Origin: Syntrophales bacterium
GTDB lineage: Bacteria; Desulfobacterota; Syntrophia; Syntrophales; PHBD01
Direction: 5' to 3'
Length of the DNA: 64,000 nucleotides
Assembly: GCA_963668175.1 (NCBI GenBank)
Contig: OY764159.1
Location: forward strand, 320,001-384,000
Below the pieces are notes generated by a model. That model was not told where the DNA came from and ran no database searches. It worked only from the letters and a program-made list of their open reading frames with translations. Below, piece after piece: positions 31,181-42,040 of this stretch. Numbering within the stretch: the first letter of the stretch is position 1; every line of letters starts with the position of its first letter. The position numbers and the translations under genes are program-made.

Positions 31181-32698
31181 ATGATGTTTTCCATGCATTT
31201 ACAAAGTTTCCGTTCCGACAATCCGCGCTTCAGAACCTATCTATTGTATGGATTGGTCGCCGCCGGCACAATAGCCCTGATATTGGGACGCATGACAGAA
31301 ACGCTGGCCGATCCCGATTTATGGGGTTATTTGACATTCGGAAGACTTTATTGGAATAATGACGGATTCCCCTACCACGATCCCTACGCCTACACGCCGA
31401 TCAAGGCCTTCTGGATATACCACGAATGGCTCACCGGGGTGTTATTCCATCCATTATACAAATACGTAGGCTCTTTCGGATTACAGGGACTCAAATATAT
31501 CATCGGCTTGATGACCGCTTTCACCATCTTCAAAACCGCCCGGAACCGCCGGGCATCCAGGGAGGCTTCCGCCGCTTCCCTCATCTTAATAAGCCCTCTG
31601 TTCAGTTTTGCCTACTCACCCGTCAGAGCCCAGATTTTCACCAATCTATTTTTTGCCTTGACCCTTTATATCCTGGAACGGGCCGGTCGAGAGAACCGTT
31701 CACGCCATATCTGGTGTTTGATACCCATGTATCTGCTATGGTCAAATCTCCATGGGGGTGTTGTCGCCGGCCTCGGTATTATAGGACTGTATGCTGCAGG
31801 CAAAGCCCTGGCAGGGGAAAAGTCTTTGCCGTATTGGCTTGCCCTGGCGGCCGCAGTCTTCGTGACACTCATTAATCCCTACGGCCTGGAATACTGGCTT
31901 TACCTAAAGGACGCTCTACTCATGCCCCGGCCGGACATCGACGAGTGGCACTCCGTCTTCGCCGCGCTGCGAAACGGTGAGTCGACAGCCAATCATCTTG
32001 TCTTTCTCCTTCTTTTCTTTTTGGCCGCCTTGATGTTGGCGCTGCTGCGCAACCGCCGGACAACCGACATTCTTGTACTTACGGCGACTTCTCTTATGGC
32101 CTTTCAGCACGTCCGGCACGAAAGCCTGTTCTTCATCGCCATGGGCTGTTACGGGCCATGCTATTTCACGCAGGCATGGGACATCATGAAAACATCCTCG
32201 GCACGGGCGGAATTCTGGAGTAATTCGGTCCGGCGCATCGCACCGGTTCTGTTCTTGGTTCTTCTTATCGTTTTCGGAGCCCGGTTTGTGACCGGACACC
32301 CCTTCGACTTGACGCTTCGCTCCCCGAACAAAGAGAAGGCGGTCGATTTCAACTATCCCACGGGTGCCGTAAATTTCATCCGCGATAATCATCTAAAGGG
32401 CAATATCCTGACCGAATTCAGTTGGGGTGAATTCATCATCTGGAACCTGCCCGAAAGCCGAGTCGCCATGGACGGGCGATACGAAACGCTCTACACGGAA
32501 GAGGCAACCCGCGAGTATTTTCGCTTCACGAAAGGCGAGACCGTCTGGCGGGATTATCTTCTCAAGTATCGCCACGATCTTATCCTTTTCCGCCCGGACA
32601 GCATCGTCAGTGATATGCTGAGCAGGGACCCTGGCTGGGTGAAAATATATGCCGATGCCGACTGTATTTTGTTTATCCGAAGGAAAATCCCGTCATGA
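31181..32698 (+). CDS. Polytopic membrane protein, putative GT-C glycosyltransferase (paralogue 1)
   Basis: Many TMs; DPDLWGYL in first loop, HEWL, RAQIFT, WSNLHGG, INPYG; soluble C-terminal FSWGEF...MDGR. Confidence 0.6.
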   Translation: MMFSMHLQSFRSDNPRFRTYLLYGLVAAGTIALILGRMTETLADPDLWGYLTFGRLYWNNDGFPYHDPYAYTPIKAFWIYHEWLTGVLFHPLYKYVGSFGLQGLKYIIGLMTAFTIFKTARNRRASREASAASLILISPLFSFAYSPVRAQIFTNLFFALTLYILERAGRENRSRHIWCLIPMYLLWSNLHGGVVAGLGIIGLYAAGKALAGEKSLPYWLALAAAVFVTLINPYGLEYWLYLKDALLMPRPDIDEWHSVFAALRNGESTANHLVFLLLFFLAALMLALLRNRRTTDILVLTATSLMAFQHVRHESLFFIAMGCYGPCYFTQAWDIMKTSSARAEFWSNSVRRIAPVLFLVLLIVFGARFVTGHPFDLTLRSPNKEKAVDFNYPTGAVNFIRDNHLKGNILTEFSWGEFIIWNLPESRVAMDGRYETLYTEEATREYFRFTKGETVWRDYLLKYRHDLILFRPDSIVSDMLSRDPGWVKIYADADCILFIRRKIPS

Positions 32699-33924
32699 AA
32701 CAGCGCCACGCCGACACGCCCTTGCGGTTGCATGTTCTAACGACTCGGCAGATCGGTATGATCATGTCGGCGGCGGCCTTGGTCATGATGTTCTGGTTTT
32801 GTGCATCGACGTTACCTCTTTCATTTAACGGGGAGCGGCCGAACGATTTTCCCAATTATTATGTCGCCGGCCTCCGACTGTTTGAGGAGCGCCCTATTTA
32901 TGAACCGCTGGAAGCGGAAGTATTCCACCGCCTGGGTTTTGCCCATTATCCGACCAACATCGCCGACACGCCGGCAACGGTCGTCCTGCTTGCCCCTTTG
33001 TCACGATTGACCTATCGAGCCGCTTTTTTCACATTATACTTTTTTTCTCTCCTGTCCGTTCCGCTGTTAACCTATTATGCGGGAAGATATCTAGGAATGA
33101 CATTCTGGGAAGCGGTCTGTGCCGTTTCGTTGTTGACCTTCAGTAACCACTATCGCTTTCTCCTCCTCTGCAATCATATGGAGTCTATTCTTCTTCTGTG
33201 CCTGACCTTTGGCTGGATATACCTCAAAAAAGACTGGGATCGCACCGGCGGTTTCTTTTGGGGTTTGGCTGCGGCATTGAAACTCATTCCGGGCCTACTG
33301 CTGTTCTTGCTGATGCTTTCCCGCTGGAAACGGGCAGCCTTGACCGGTATCATTGCAGCCGCCGTCCTGCTCGCCCTTGCCGGCGTCACGATCGGTCGAG
33401 CCGATTCTTTCGCCTACATCATTCAGGTTATTCCACAGTCTCAACAATGGTACGGTCATGACGGTAACTTCTCTCTTATGTCCATCGGTTATCGTCTGGG
33501 CGGCCTGACCGTCGGATGGACGTTGACCATCGCGGCAGTTATCGTCATTACCGTTCTCGCGTTTAAGAACAGGGACAATAAAGATTGTATTTTTGCAGTG
33601 GGGACGGCCGGCATGCTTATAATCAGTCCTCTTTCCTGGTTGGGATACGGCATTCTTCTCATTCCCGTCCTTCTTCTCTTATTTACAAAACTCGACCGGA
33701 AGACATCGCGTCTGAACGTATGGATATTCATAACAGCGTTGGTGCTGACTCAGTATTGGCCTTTTCAATCCAAACCAATGATAAGTTCCATGATCGAATT
33801 TCTGTTATTCACGATTCCCCCTGTTTGCGGGTATACATTGGTTATATTTCTTGCCTGTCGATTACTGGACGTTGAACCGACTCGGGTAGTAACGGAAATC
33901 TCACCGGAAAGGACGGCCGCCTGA
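32695..33924 (+). CDS. GT87/DUF2029-like membrane glycosyltransferase
   Basis: NDFPNYY, LKLIP, NFSL, SPLSW motifs with about 10 hydrophobic segments; ATGA-coupled to upstream gene. Confidence 0.7.
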   Translation: MKQRHADTPLRLHVLTTRQIGMIMSAAALVMMFWFCASTLPLSFNGERPNDFPNYYVAGLRLFEERPIYEPLEAEVFHRLGFAHYPTNIADTPATVVLLAPLSRLTYRAAFFTLYFFSLLSVPLLTYYAGRYLGMTFWEAVCAVSLLTFSNHYRFLLLCNHMESILLLCLTFGWIYLKKDWDRTGGFFWGLAAALKLIPGLLLFLLMLSRWKRAALTGIIAAAVLLALAGVTIGRADSFAYIIQVIPQSQQWYGHDGNFSLMSIGYRLGGLTVGWTLTIAAVIVITVLAFKNRDNKDCIFAVGTAGMLIISPLSWLGYGILLIPVLLLLFTKLDRKTSRLNVWIFITALVLTQYWPFQSKPMISSMIEFLLFTIPPVCGYTLVIFLACRLLDVEPTRVVTEISPERTAA

Positions 33925-33926
33925 CC

Positions 33927-35396
33927 TTGAAAATACCGAAAATGCATTGGGGAGCCTTGTTGACGATCGCCGGCTTTTCAGCCTACTTTCTCGGCCGCTT
34001 TGTTAATATCCTTGCGGACTACGACCTGTGGGGCTACCTCGCCTTCGGAAGGCTCTTCTGGGAAAACGGTTTCCCTTACTGTGACGTCTTCTCCTATGTC
34101 CCGACGAACAACGTATGGGTCTACCACGAATGGCTGACCGGCGTGATTTTCTTTCCGATTTATGAACGATTCGGATCGGAAGGGCTGCAATTGCTGCGTT
34201 ATGCCGTTATGATGGCGACCTTGGCGTTCATGGTCAGCGCTGCCCTCAGGCGCAACGGCAATAAATTGGCCATAGGAATTGCCTTATTCCTGTCAGGAAA
34301 CGGCCTCACATACGGCTATGCCCCGGTAAGGGCCCAGGTCTTCACTTACCTGTTTTTCGCCTTCTTCATCTATATTCTCGAACGCTATAAAGGAGAGCGC
34401 AAGCCCTACCTTCTCTGGTTTCTGCCTATTCTCGAAATCGTCTGGTGTAACGTTCACGGCGGTTTTGTAGCCGGACTTGGTCTTATTGCTCTTTATGCGC
34501 TCGGCGAGGGGCTCGCGCGGCGGCCATTCACGCCCTACCTAAAAATAGCGCTCGTAACCGTCCTGGCAACACTTGTGAACCCTTATGGCTTCTCCTACTG
34601 GATATTTATCATCCAGGCCGTCACCCTGCCCCGTGCGGACATTACGGAATGGATGTCTGTCCCTTCCGCAATCGCAAGCGGCAATTATCGCGACGAGACG
34701 ATCCTCTTCGCCGCTCTTTTGCTCATCACGGTTTTTCTGATGGTCAGATCAAGAAAGAAGAATCCTACCGATATCCTCGTTCTGGCCGTTACGGCTTTTC
34801 TCGGATTCAAGTCTATCCGCCACATCATCCTCTTTTTCCTGGTTTTCGGCGCTTACGTGCCGGCGCTTATGTCAGAGTATATGGATTCCCTGAAAAGAGA
34901 CCCCAAAGTGGCGTCCACATTAAACAGGGTCCGTAAACCCGTCTTGCTGCTCTTAAGCCTGATCTTTCTGTGTCTCGCGGCGCTGTCATTCCGGCATTTT
35001 ATATTCAGTCCTCGTTTCGCCTTGGTAACGCCGGCGCATTCCTATCCGATTCGGGCTCTCGAATGGATCGACGCCAACCGCTGGCAGGGCAATATCATCC
35101 CCAACTTTGAATGGGGCGAGTATGTCATATGGCGAACTTACCCCCGCTGCCGCGTATCAATGGACGGCCGCTTGGAAACGGTGTACGGCACAGAGCTGCA
35201 AAAGGAATATTTCGATTTCCTTCATGGGAGGGCCGGCTGGCAGATATTTCTGAAGAAATATGCTCATGATATGGTCCTTATTAGAAAAGGTTCAAGGACC
35301 GACAGCCTTATGAGAGAACAACAGGACTGGCGGTTGGCGTATGAAGACGGTCTGAGCGTAATTTTTCTTCGCGCAGCGAGGCAGATCACCCGATGA
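33927..35396 (+). CDS. Polytopic membrane protein, putative GT-C glycosyltransferase (paralogue 2)
   Basis: Same motifs as 31181-32698: DYDLWGYLAFGR, HEWLTG, RAQVFT, WCNVHGG, VNPYG, FEWGEY...MDGR. Confidence 0.6.
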   Translation: MKIPKMHWGALLTIAGFSAYFLGRFVNILADYDLWGYLAFGRLFWENGFPYCDVFSYVPTNNVWVYHEWLTGVIFFPIYERFGSEGLQLLRYAVMMATLAFMVSAALRRNGNKLAIGIALFLSGNGLTYGYAPVRAQVFTYLFFAFFIYILERYKGERKPYLLWFLPILEIVWCNVHGGFVAGLGLIALYALGEGLARRPFTPYLKIALVTVLATLVNPYGFSYWIFIIQAVTLPRADITEWMSVPSAIASGNYRDETILFAALLLITVFLMVRSRKKNPTDILVLAVTAFLGFKSIRHIILFFLVFGAYVPALMSEYMDSLKRDPKVASTLNRVRKPVLLLLSLIFLCLAALSFRHFIFSPRFALVTPAHSYPIRALEWIDANRWQGNIIPNFEWGEYVIWRTYPRCRVSMDGRLETVYGTELQKEYFDFLHGRAGWQIFLKKYAHDMVLIRKGSRTDSLMREQQDWRLAYEDGLSVIFLRAARQITR

Positions 35397-35414
35397 GGCT
35401 GTTTTTTTAAAGAC

Positions 35415-37283
35415 ATGGATAATGGCGGATTGATAAAAAAACTTGACCTCATCATCAGGTCAAGGACAGACCGGCATCTTGTTTTGCTCGGTCTGTTTGT
35501 TATGGCCTTGACGGTCAAGATCGCGATCTTCCTTCTCTTAACGGACCCTATCATCTTCAGCAAATATCCTTACTTCGCCGAAAGGATTGTTCAGGGCCTC
35601 GATATCGGGGAAAGGCTGGTCGATCTCAGCCCGGCTTATTTATACATCAACGTTATTTTTTACAGAGTATTCGGACCTGATTGGCAATTGCTGACTATCT
35701 TTCAAGTTCTCGTCGGCAGTATGACTTGCGTGATCGTTTTCACCATCGGCGAGAGATTATTTAACCAATCCGTCGGGATCATCGGAGCTGTCATCCTCGC
35801 CCTTTACGGCAACCTTACCCTGATCGAGTTGACACTGGAGCCCGAAACATTTGTCCTCTTTTTCAATTCACTGGCCGTCCTGTCTCTCATCCTGGCGCAA
35901 AATGACCCTTTTTGGAGGCAATGTTCCACTAAAAATGTGATTGAAACCGCAGACAGGAATGGGGTTGGCATCATACACGGGCGGATACCGATCATGGCCG
36001 GGCTTCCATGGAAGTGGTTTGCGGCCGGAATGCTCCTCGGCCTGTCGGTCATCACCAAGCCCAACGCTTTGCTTGTGATCCCCGGAGCCCTTATTTGGAT
36101 CTGGTGGAATAAAATTTCGGTCAATAGAAGGTTAATGGCAACCGTATCCCTGCTGCTCGGCTCAGCATTGCTGATTTCGCCGGTGACATTGCGAAACTAT
36201 ACTAAATTCCATGATGTCATCCTGGTCAGCGCTGACGGCGGCAAGGTCTTTTTCCACGGCAACGGCCCCGGGGCCACTGGCATGGACCGGGCGGATCTGC
36301 CTCATCAGGGATTCCTCGAAGAGGGACAAGCCGAACCTGATTACGCCCATAAGCTTTTCAGAAATACGGCGAGGACATTGAGCGGAAAATCTCTCAAACT
36401 GTCAGAGTGCTCAGAATATTGGTTCCGTTACACCCTAAATTACATGGCTGCTCATCCAATGGCCGCCTTTGTACTTGAGATTAAAAAATTCTGCTTTTTT
36501 TGGAATAACTATGAGGTCCACGATATCGACTCGAATTATAAGAATTATGTCACCATCCAATCCTGGCCGCTCATTCCTTTCGGAGCAATAGCTGCTTTGG
36601 GAATCATTGGCATGGTCATAGCACGTCAGCGTTTCAGGGACGTATTCCTGCTTTACTGGCTGGTTCTTGTTTATCTTGTTTCTGTTCTTGTCTTCTTTGC
36701 CGCTACCCGTTACCGCCTGCCGGCGGCTCCGTATCTTGCGATCTTTGCAGCTCTTGCACTCTACCACTTGTCGTCGCTAATAAGAGACAAGCAGTGGAAA
36801 AAATGCGGTGCTTACCTGATCTCCAGCGCGATTCTTGCCGCAGGCACCGTATTGCCCTTCCGGCACGATATTGCAAGATTTGACCGCTGGCAGCAAGCGT
36901 CGAGAATCCATTATTCTCTGGGCGGTATGATGTTCTTCAAGAAGGGGTTCTACAAGGAAGCTATCACTGAATTTCAACGCGCTTTAGCGATAGACCCGAA
37001 TTTTCTTCCAGCCTACAACTATCTTGGTAAATCTTACGCCATCCTCAACGATTATGCTCGCGCAGAAGAGGCCTTCATGAAGGTTATTCAGTCGGCGCCG
37101 ACTATCGATGAGGGTTATATGAATTTGGGGATGCTCTACGAGTTACAAGGCCGCATTCCTCAAGCGATCAAGTATCTCCAGGAGGCGCTTGCCATCAATC
37201 CCGGAAACGAAAAGGCTTTACGCCACCTGCAGGCTTTATCGGTCCAGCCGCAAGATCAGGCCCATCAGAGGAGTCAGAAATGA
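35415..37283 (+). CDS. GT39/PMT_2-like membrane glycosyltransferase with C-terminal TPRs
   Basis: SPAYLY, EPET, TKPN, PVTLRNY, RYRLP plus TPR repeats (ALAIDPN...YNYLG, YMNLG...ALAINPG). Confidence 0.7.
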   Translation: MDNGGLIKKLDLIIRSRTDRHLVLLGLFVMALTVKIAIFLLLTDPIIFSKYPYFAERIVQGLDIGERLVDLSPAYLYINVIFYRVFGPDWQLLTIFQVLVGSMTCVIVFTIGERLFNQSVGIIGAVILALYGNLTLIELTLEPETFVLFFNSLAVLSLILAQNDPFWRQCSTKNVIETADRNGVGIIHGRIPIMAGLPWKWFAAGMLLGLSVITKPNALLVIPGALIWIWWNKISVNRRLMATVSLLLGSALLISPVTLRNYTKFHDVILVSADGGKVFFHGNGPGATGMDRADLPHQGFLEEGQAEPDYAHKLFRNTARTLSGKSLKLSECSEYWFRYTLNYMAAHPMAAFVLEIKKFCFFWNNYEVHDIDSNYKNYVTIQSWPLIPFGAIAALGIIGMVIARQRFRDVFLLYWLVLVYLVSVLVFFAATRYRLPAAPYLAIFAALALYHLSSLIRDKQWKKCGAYLISSAILAAGTVLPFRHDIARFDRWQQASRIHYSLGGMMFFKKGFYKEAITEFQRALAIDPNFLPAYNYLGKSYAILNDYARAEEAFMKVIQSAPTIDEGYMNLGMLYELQGRIPQAIKYLQEALAINPGNEKALRHLQALSVQPQDQAHQRSQK

Positions 37284-39181
37284 CTATCGTGAAAGAGCGG
37301 CATGTTAAACTCGTCGGATTGATGCTGATAGTCGTCCTAGTCGCCGCGGCATATTCCAACACAATGCAAGTGCCTTTCCTTTTTGACGACCAGGGCAACA
37401 TAGCGGACAACATGTCGATCAGGAGCGTATGGCCGCCATGGGAGCCCTTCTATATCTCCGCCGATACGGGCATCACCGGGAGGCCGCTGATCAACTTCAC
37501 TTTCGCCCTCAACTACGCCGTCAGCGGCGATCATGTCTGGAGCTACCATCTCTTCAACCTCGCCATTCACATCCTGGCGGCCCTGATTCTGTGGGGATTA
37601 ATAAGGCGAACACTGGAACGTCAGCAACTCGACATCAACAAGACATGGCAACCGGCATGGACCGCCCTCGGATGCACACTCGTGTGGGCCCTCCATCCCC
37701 TCCAGACCCAGGCCGTGACCTACCTGTCCCAGCGATGCGAATCCCTGATGGGGCTTTTCTTTCTCCTGGTCTTCTACTGTGCCGTCAGGGGCTGGCAATC
37801 AGACCGGCACCAGAGGGCGTGGCACCTGCTGGCCATCCTCTCCTTCGTTGCAGGAGCCGGCTGCAAGGAGGTGATCGCCGCCTCTCCCGTCCTTCTGTTC
37901 CTCTACGAATGGGTATTCACCAGAAGGAGTTGGAAGGACATACTGAAGGCTTCCCCCTTGCTGTATACAGGGCTCGCGCTGGGCCTGGCCTGCGAACTCC
38001 TCCTCATCGCCGCAGGAGGGACGGCCTCGACCAATACGGCCCATGCACCGTTTACCTTGGTAGAATACTGGCTGCTCCAGCCTCCCGTGATCCTTCATTA
38101 CATCCGTCAAGTATTCTGGCCTTCGGACCTGTGTCTCGACTATGGCATGGATTTTCACGGTATGATCGAAACATGGCCGGCCCTTTTCATCGTCGCCGCC
38201 CTGATCGTCAGCTCTCTGTGGCTGTTGTACAGAAGACGGCCGGCAGGATTCTTGTCTGCCTGGTTCTTCGTCATCCTGGCCCCGACATCGCTGTTCCCCC
38301 TACCCGACGTCGTCTATGAACACCGGATGTATCTTCCTTCCTTAACGGTTATTATCCTAGCCCTAGGCTGTTTATATCGGGGTACTTTCCTGGCAAGCAA
38401 AAGGCTCTTCCCCGAAACCGTTGCCCGGCAAGCCATTTTGTCTAAAACCAGTTTATATATCATGTTCCTGCTTGTTCCGGCGGTCGGTGTTTCAACCTAT
38501 ACGCGTAATCTATACTACCAAACAGATCTTTCTCTTTGGGCGGACAACACAGCGACAAGACCTCGAAGCGCAAGGGCTCAGGTTAACCTGGGCAACGCCT
38601 TCTTCGCAGTTGGCAGACCGGTGGATGCGCTCCGCCATATGCATCAGGGGATCCGCCTCATGGAATCGCAATATCTTCAGCCCCACTCTCAAAATCTCAT
38701 AGACGCTTATAACAATTTGGGTGTTGTTTACCTCCATACAGGTCAAGGGGAGTTGGCGGAGTCCTATTTGCGGAAATCGCTGAAAATCGGACCGAATAAT
38801 GCCCATGCCCATTCCAATTTAGGGCGGGTACTATTCATGCTGAATAGAAACGACGAAGCCTTGCACCATTTCAGGCAAGCGCTATCCCTGGATCCAGATT
38901 ATGTTGACGGTCACACCAATTTAGGCGTCTTGCTTCTTAAGCAGGGGAATCTGCAAGACGCTTCAATCCATTTTCAAACAGCCCTGAATATAAGACCAAA
39001 CCATATCGGGGCCATGAACGGCATGGGCAGGGTGATGTACTTGCGAGGACGATTTCCTGAAGCCAGGGTCTATTTCGAAAAATCGCTGGCTTCAAAAGCA
39101 GACAACGCATATGCCCGCAACATGCTGATCGAAATCGACAAAAGAAACGGGGCAACGGGACGCCCTTCGGAGAAACCTTAA
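37280..39181 (+). CDS. TMTC-like GT-C/TPR protein (copy A)
   Basis: FLFDD, GRPL, YHLFNLAIH, ALHPLQTQAV...QRCE, KE, EHRMYLP, then about 5 TPRs. Confidence 0.75.
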   Translation: MTIVKERHVKLVGLMLIVVLVAAAYSNTMQVPFLFDDQGNIADNMSIRSVWPPWEPFYISADTGITGRPLINFTFALNYAVSGDHVWSYHLFNLAIHILAALILWGLIRRTLERQQLDINKTWQPAWTALGCTLVWALHPLQTQAVTYLSQRCESLMGLFFLLVFYCAVRGWQSDRHQRAWHLLAILSFVAGAGCKEVIAASPVLLFLYEWVFTRRSWKDILKASPLLYTGLALGLACELLLIAAGGTASTNTAHAPFTLVEYWLLQPPVILHYIRQVFWPSDLCLDYGMDFHGMIETWPALFIVAALIVSSLWLLYRRRPAGFLSAWFFVILAPTSLFPLPDVVYEHRMYLPSLTVIILALGCLYRGTFLASKRLFPETVARQAILSKTSLYIMFLLVPAVGVSTYTRNLYYQTDLSLWADNTATRPRSARAQVNLGNAFFAVGRPVDALRHMHQGIRLMESQYLQPHSQNLIDAYNNLGVVYLHTGQGELAESYLRKSLKIGPNNAHAHSNLGRVLFMLNRNDEALHHFRQALSLDPDYVDGHTNLGVLLLKQGNLQDASIHFQTALNIRPNHIGAMNGMGRVMYLRGRFPEARVYFEKSLASKADNAYARNMLIEIDKRNGATGRPSEKP

Positions 39182-39201
39182 TCATGTCCAAGGAGGAGGA
39201 A

Positions 39202-41133
39202 GTGCCTACATCCCGTGAGACAAAATACAATCTGATCTGTGTCCTCATTACGGTTCTTCTAATCGTGGCCGCCTATTCGAATACCCTGCGCGCGCCCTTT
39301 ATCTTTGACGACCAAGTCAATATCGCCGACAACATGTCCATCCGGAGCATGTGGCCGCCCTGGGAGCCTCTCTATGTCTCCCCAGACACGGGCATAACCG
39401 GAAGACCTTTAATCAACTTCACCTTCGCCCTCAACTATGCCGTCAGTGGCGACGATGTCTGGAGCTATCACGCCCTCAATATTATCATCCAAATCCTGGC
39501 GGCCCTGATTCTGTGGGGATTCATCAGGCGAACACTGGAACGTCAGCAACTCGACATCAACAAGACATGGCAACCGGCATGGGTTGCCCTCGGCTGCACA
39601 CTCGTGTGGGCTCTCCACCCCCTCCAGACCCAGGCTGTGACCTACCTGTCCCAGCGATGCGAATCCCTGATGGGGCTTTTCTTTCTCCTGGTCTTCTACT
39701 GTGCCGTCAGGGGCTGGCAATCAGACCGGCACCAGAGGGCGTGGCACCTGCTGGCCATTCTCTCCTTCGTTGCAGGAGCCGGCTGCAAGGAGGTGATCGC
39801 CGCCTCTCCCGTCCTTCTGTTCCTCTACGAATGGGTATTCACCAGAAGGAGTTGGAAAGACATACTGAAGACTTCCCCCTTGCTGTACTCGGGACTCGCG
39901 TTGGGTTTGGCCTGCGAACTCCTCCTCGTCGCCGCGGGAGGGACGACCTCAACCGGCACGGGTAATCATGCTTTTACTTTAACGGAATACTGGCTGACGC
40001 AGACTCCGGTGATTCTTCACTACATTCGGCTGGTCTTCTGGCCTTCCGATCTCGCTCTCGATTACGGCATGGATTTTCACGGCATGATCGAAACATGGCC
40101 GGCCCTTTTCATCGTCGCCGCCCTGATCGTCAGTTCTCTGTGGCTGTTGTACAGAAGACGGCCGGCAGGATTCTTGTCTGCCTGGTTCTTCGCCATCCTG
40201 GCCCCGACATCGCTGTTCCCCCTTCCCGACGTTGTTTTTGAGCACCGGATGTATCTTCCTTCCATGGCGGTCATCGTTTTGTCCATATGCTGCTTATATC
40301 GAATGGGGATCTTGATCTGTCGGCGGTTCGCTTTTTTGGACCCGCAAGACACTTTGATCAGGACCGGCAGATATGTCATGGTTTTACTCATTCTGACCGT
40401 GGCAATATCGACTTACGCCAGGAATCTTTACTACCAGTCGGCGCTCTCCATCTGGGCGGACAATGTCGCCAAGAGACCGCATTCGGCCGGGGCGCAGGTT
40501 AATTTCGGTAAAGCCCTCTCGGATGCAAATAGGCCGTTGGACGCCTTGCCCCATTTACGACAGGGAATCCATCTTATAGAAACGCAACAGGCAAAGGCTC
40601 GTCCGGAGACATTGCTCACGGCCTACAATAATACTGGTGCCGTGTATCTTCAACTTGGCCAATGGAAGGCCGCAGAATATTTTTTACGAAGATCGCTGCA
40701 AATCCAAACGAAAAGTATCTACGCTCGCGCCAGTGCTCATTCGAATTTAGGGATTACTTTATTCATGCTCAAGAAAAGCGATGAAGCCGGTGAGCATTTT
40801 CGTCAGGCCATTCTGCTTAGACCGAATTTCGCCAACGGTCATGCCAATTACGGAGCTTTTCTTCGCGCACAGGGAAATACAAAAGAAGCGACGGATCATT
40901 TCCAAGTTGCCCTTCAATTGAAACCCGATCATATCGAGGCCAACGATGCCATGGGCACGATTATGTACCAACGCAGTCAATATCGAGAAGCCAGGGCCTA
41001 TTTCGAGAAATCGCTGGCTTCAAAAGCAGACAACGCATATGCCCGCAACATGTTGATCGAAATCGACAAAAGAGACGGGGTAACGGGAAGCCCTTCAAAG
41101 AAACCTTCATCATATCCAAGGAGAATGAAGTGA
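39202..41133 (+). CDS. TMTC-like GT-C/TPR protein (copy B)
   Basis: Same motifs as copy A. GTG 39202 preferred over ATG 39184 because of the AAGGAGG RBS and homology to copy C's GTG start. Confidence 0.75.
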   Translation: MPTSRETKYNLICVLITVLLIVAAYSNTLRAPFIFDDQVNIADNMSIRSMWPPWEPLYVSPDTGITGRPLINFTFALNYAVSGDDVWSYHALNIIIQILAALILWGFIRRTLERQQLDINKTWQPAWVALGCTLVWALHPLQTQAVTYLSQRCESLMGLFFLLVFYCAVRGWQSDRHQRAWHLLAILSFVAGAGCKEVIAASPVLLFLYEWVFTRRSWKDILKTSPLLYSGLALGLACELLLVAAGGTTSTGTGNHAFTLTEYWLTQTPVILHYIRLVFWPSDLALDYGMDFHGMIETWPALFIVAALIVSSLWLLYRRRPAGFLSAWFFAILAPTSLFPLPDVVFEHRMYLPSMAVIVLSICCLYRMGILICRRFAFLDPQDTLIRTGRYVMVLLILTVAISTYARNLYYQSALSIWADNVAKRPHSAGAQVNFGKALSDANRPLDALPHLRQGIHLIETQQAKARPETLLTAYNNTGAVYLQLGQWKAAEYFLRRSLQIQTKSIYARASAHSNLGITLFMLKKSDEAGEHFRQAILLRPNFANGHANYGAFLRAQGNTKEATDHFQVALQLKPDHIEANDAMGTIMYQRSQYREARAYFEKSLASKADNAYARNMLIEIDKRDGVTGSPSKKPSSYPRRMK

Positions 41134-42040
41134 TAAAATCCGTTGAGAGAAAGCACGCTCTGGTCTGTGTCCTCGTTACGGTTCTTCTAATCGTGGCCGC
41201 CTATTCGAATACCCTGCGCGCGCCCTTCATCTTTGACGACCGAGTCAATATCGCCGACAACATGTCCATCCGGAGCATGTGGCCGCCCTGGGAGCCTCTC
41301 TATGTCTCCCCAGACACGGGCATAACCGGAAGACCTTTAATCAACTTCACCTTCGCCCTCAACTATGCCGTCAGTGGCGACGATGTCTGGAGCTATCACG
41401 CCCTCAATATTATCATCCAAATCCTGGCGGCCCTGATTCTGTGGGGATTAATAAGGCGAACACTGGAACGGCAGCAACTCGACATCAACAAGACATGGCA
41501 ACCGGCATGGGTTGCCCTCGGCTGCACACTCGTGTGGGCTCTCCACCCCCTCCAGACCCAGGCTGTGACCTACCTGTCCCAGCGATGCGAATCCCTGATG
41601 GGGCTTTTCTTTCTCCTGGTCTTCTACTGTGCCGTCAGGGGCTGGCAATCAGACCGGCACCAGAGGGCCTGGCACCTGCTGGCCATCCTCTCCTTCGTTG
41701 CAGGAGCCGGCTGCAAGGAGGTGATCGCCGCCTCTCCCGTCCTTCTGTTCCTCTACGAATGGGTATTCACCAGAAGGAGTTGGAAAGACATACTGAAGAC
41801 TTCCCCCTTGCTGTACTCGGGACTCGCGTTGGGTTTGGCCTGCGAACTCCTCCTCGTCGCCGCGGGAGGGACGACCTCAACCGGCACGGGTAATCATGCT
41901 TTTACTTTAACGGAATACTGGCTGACGCAGACTCCGGTGATTCTTCACTACATTCGGCTGGTCTTCTGGCCTTCCGATCTCGCTCTCGATTACGGCATGG
42001 ATTTTCACGGCATGATTGAAACATGGCCGGCCCTTTTCAT
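39236..42040 (+). repeat. Near-identical direct repeat, 39236-40112 vs 41164-42040 (877 bp, offset 1928)
   Basis: Read by eye with roughly ten mismatches. Shorter blocks are shared between copies A and B: 37571-37966/39493-39888, 38144-38310/40066-40232, 39059-39204/40987-41132. Confidence 0.92.

Noticed and set aside
37429..41893. Recurrent alternative-frame ORFs (MAAMGALL/MAALGASL, MPAPDGTV)
   Set aside because: They recur only because the underlying DNA is duplicated; they lie fully inside the TMTC-like genes and show no motifs.
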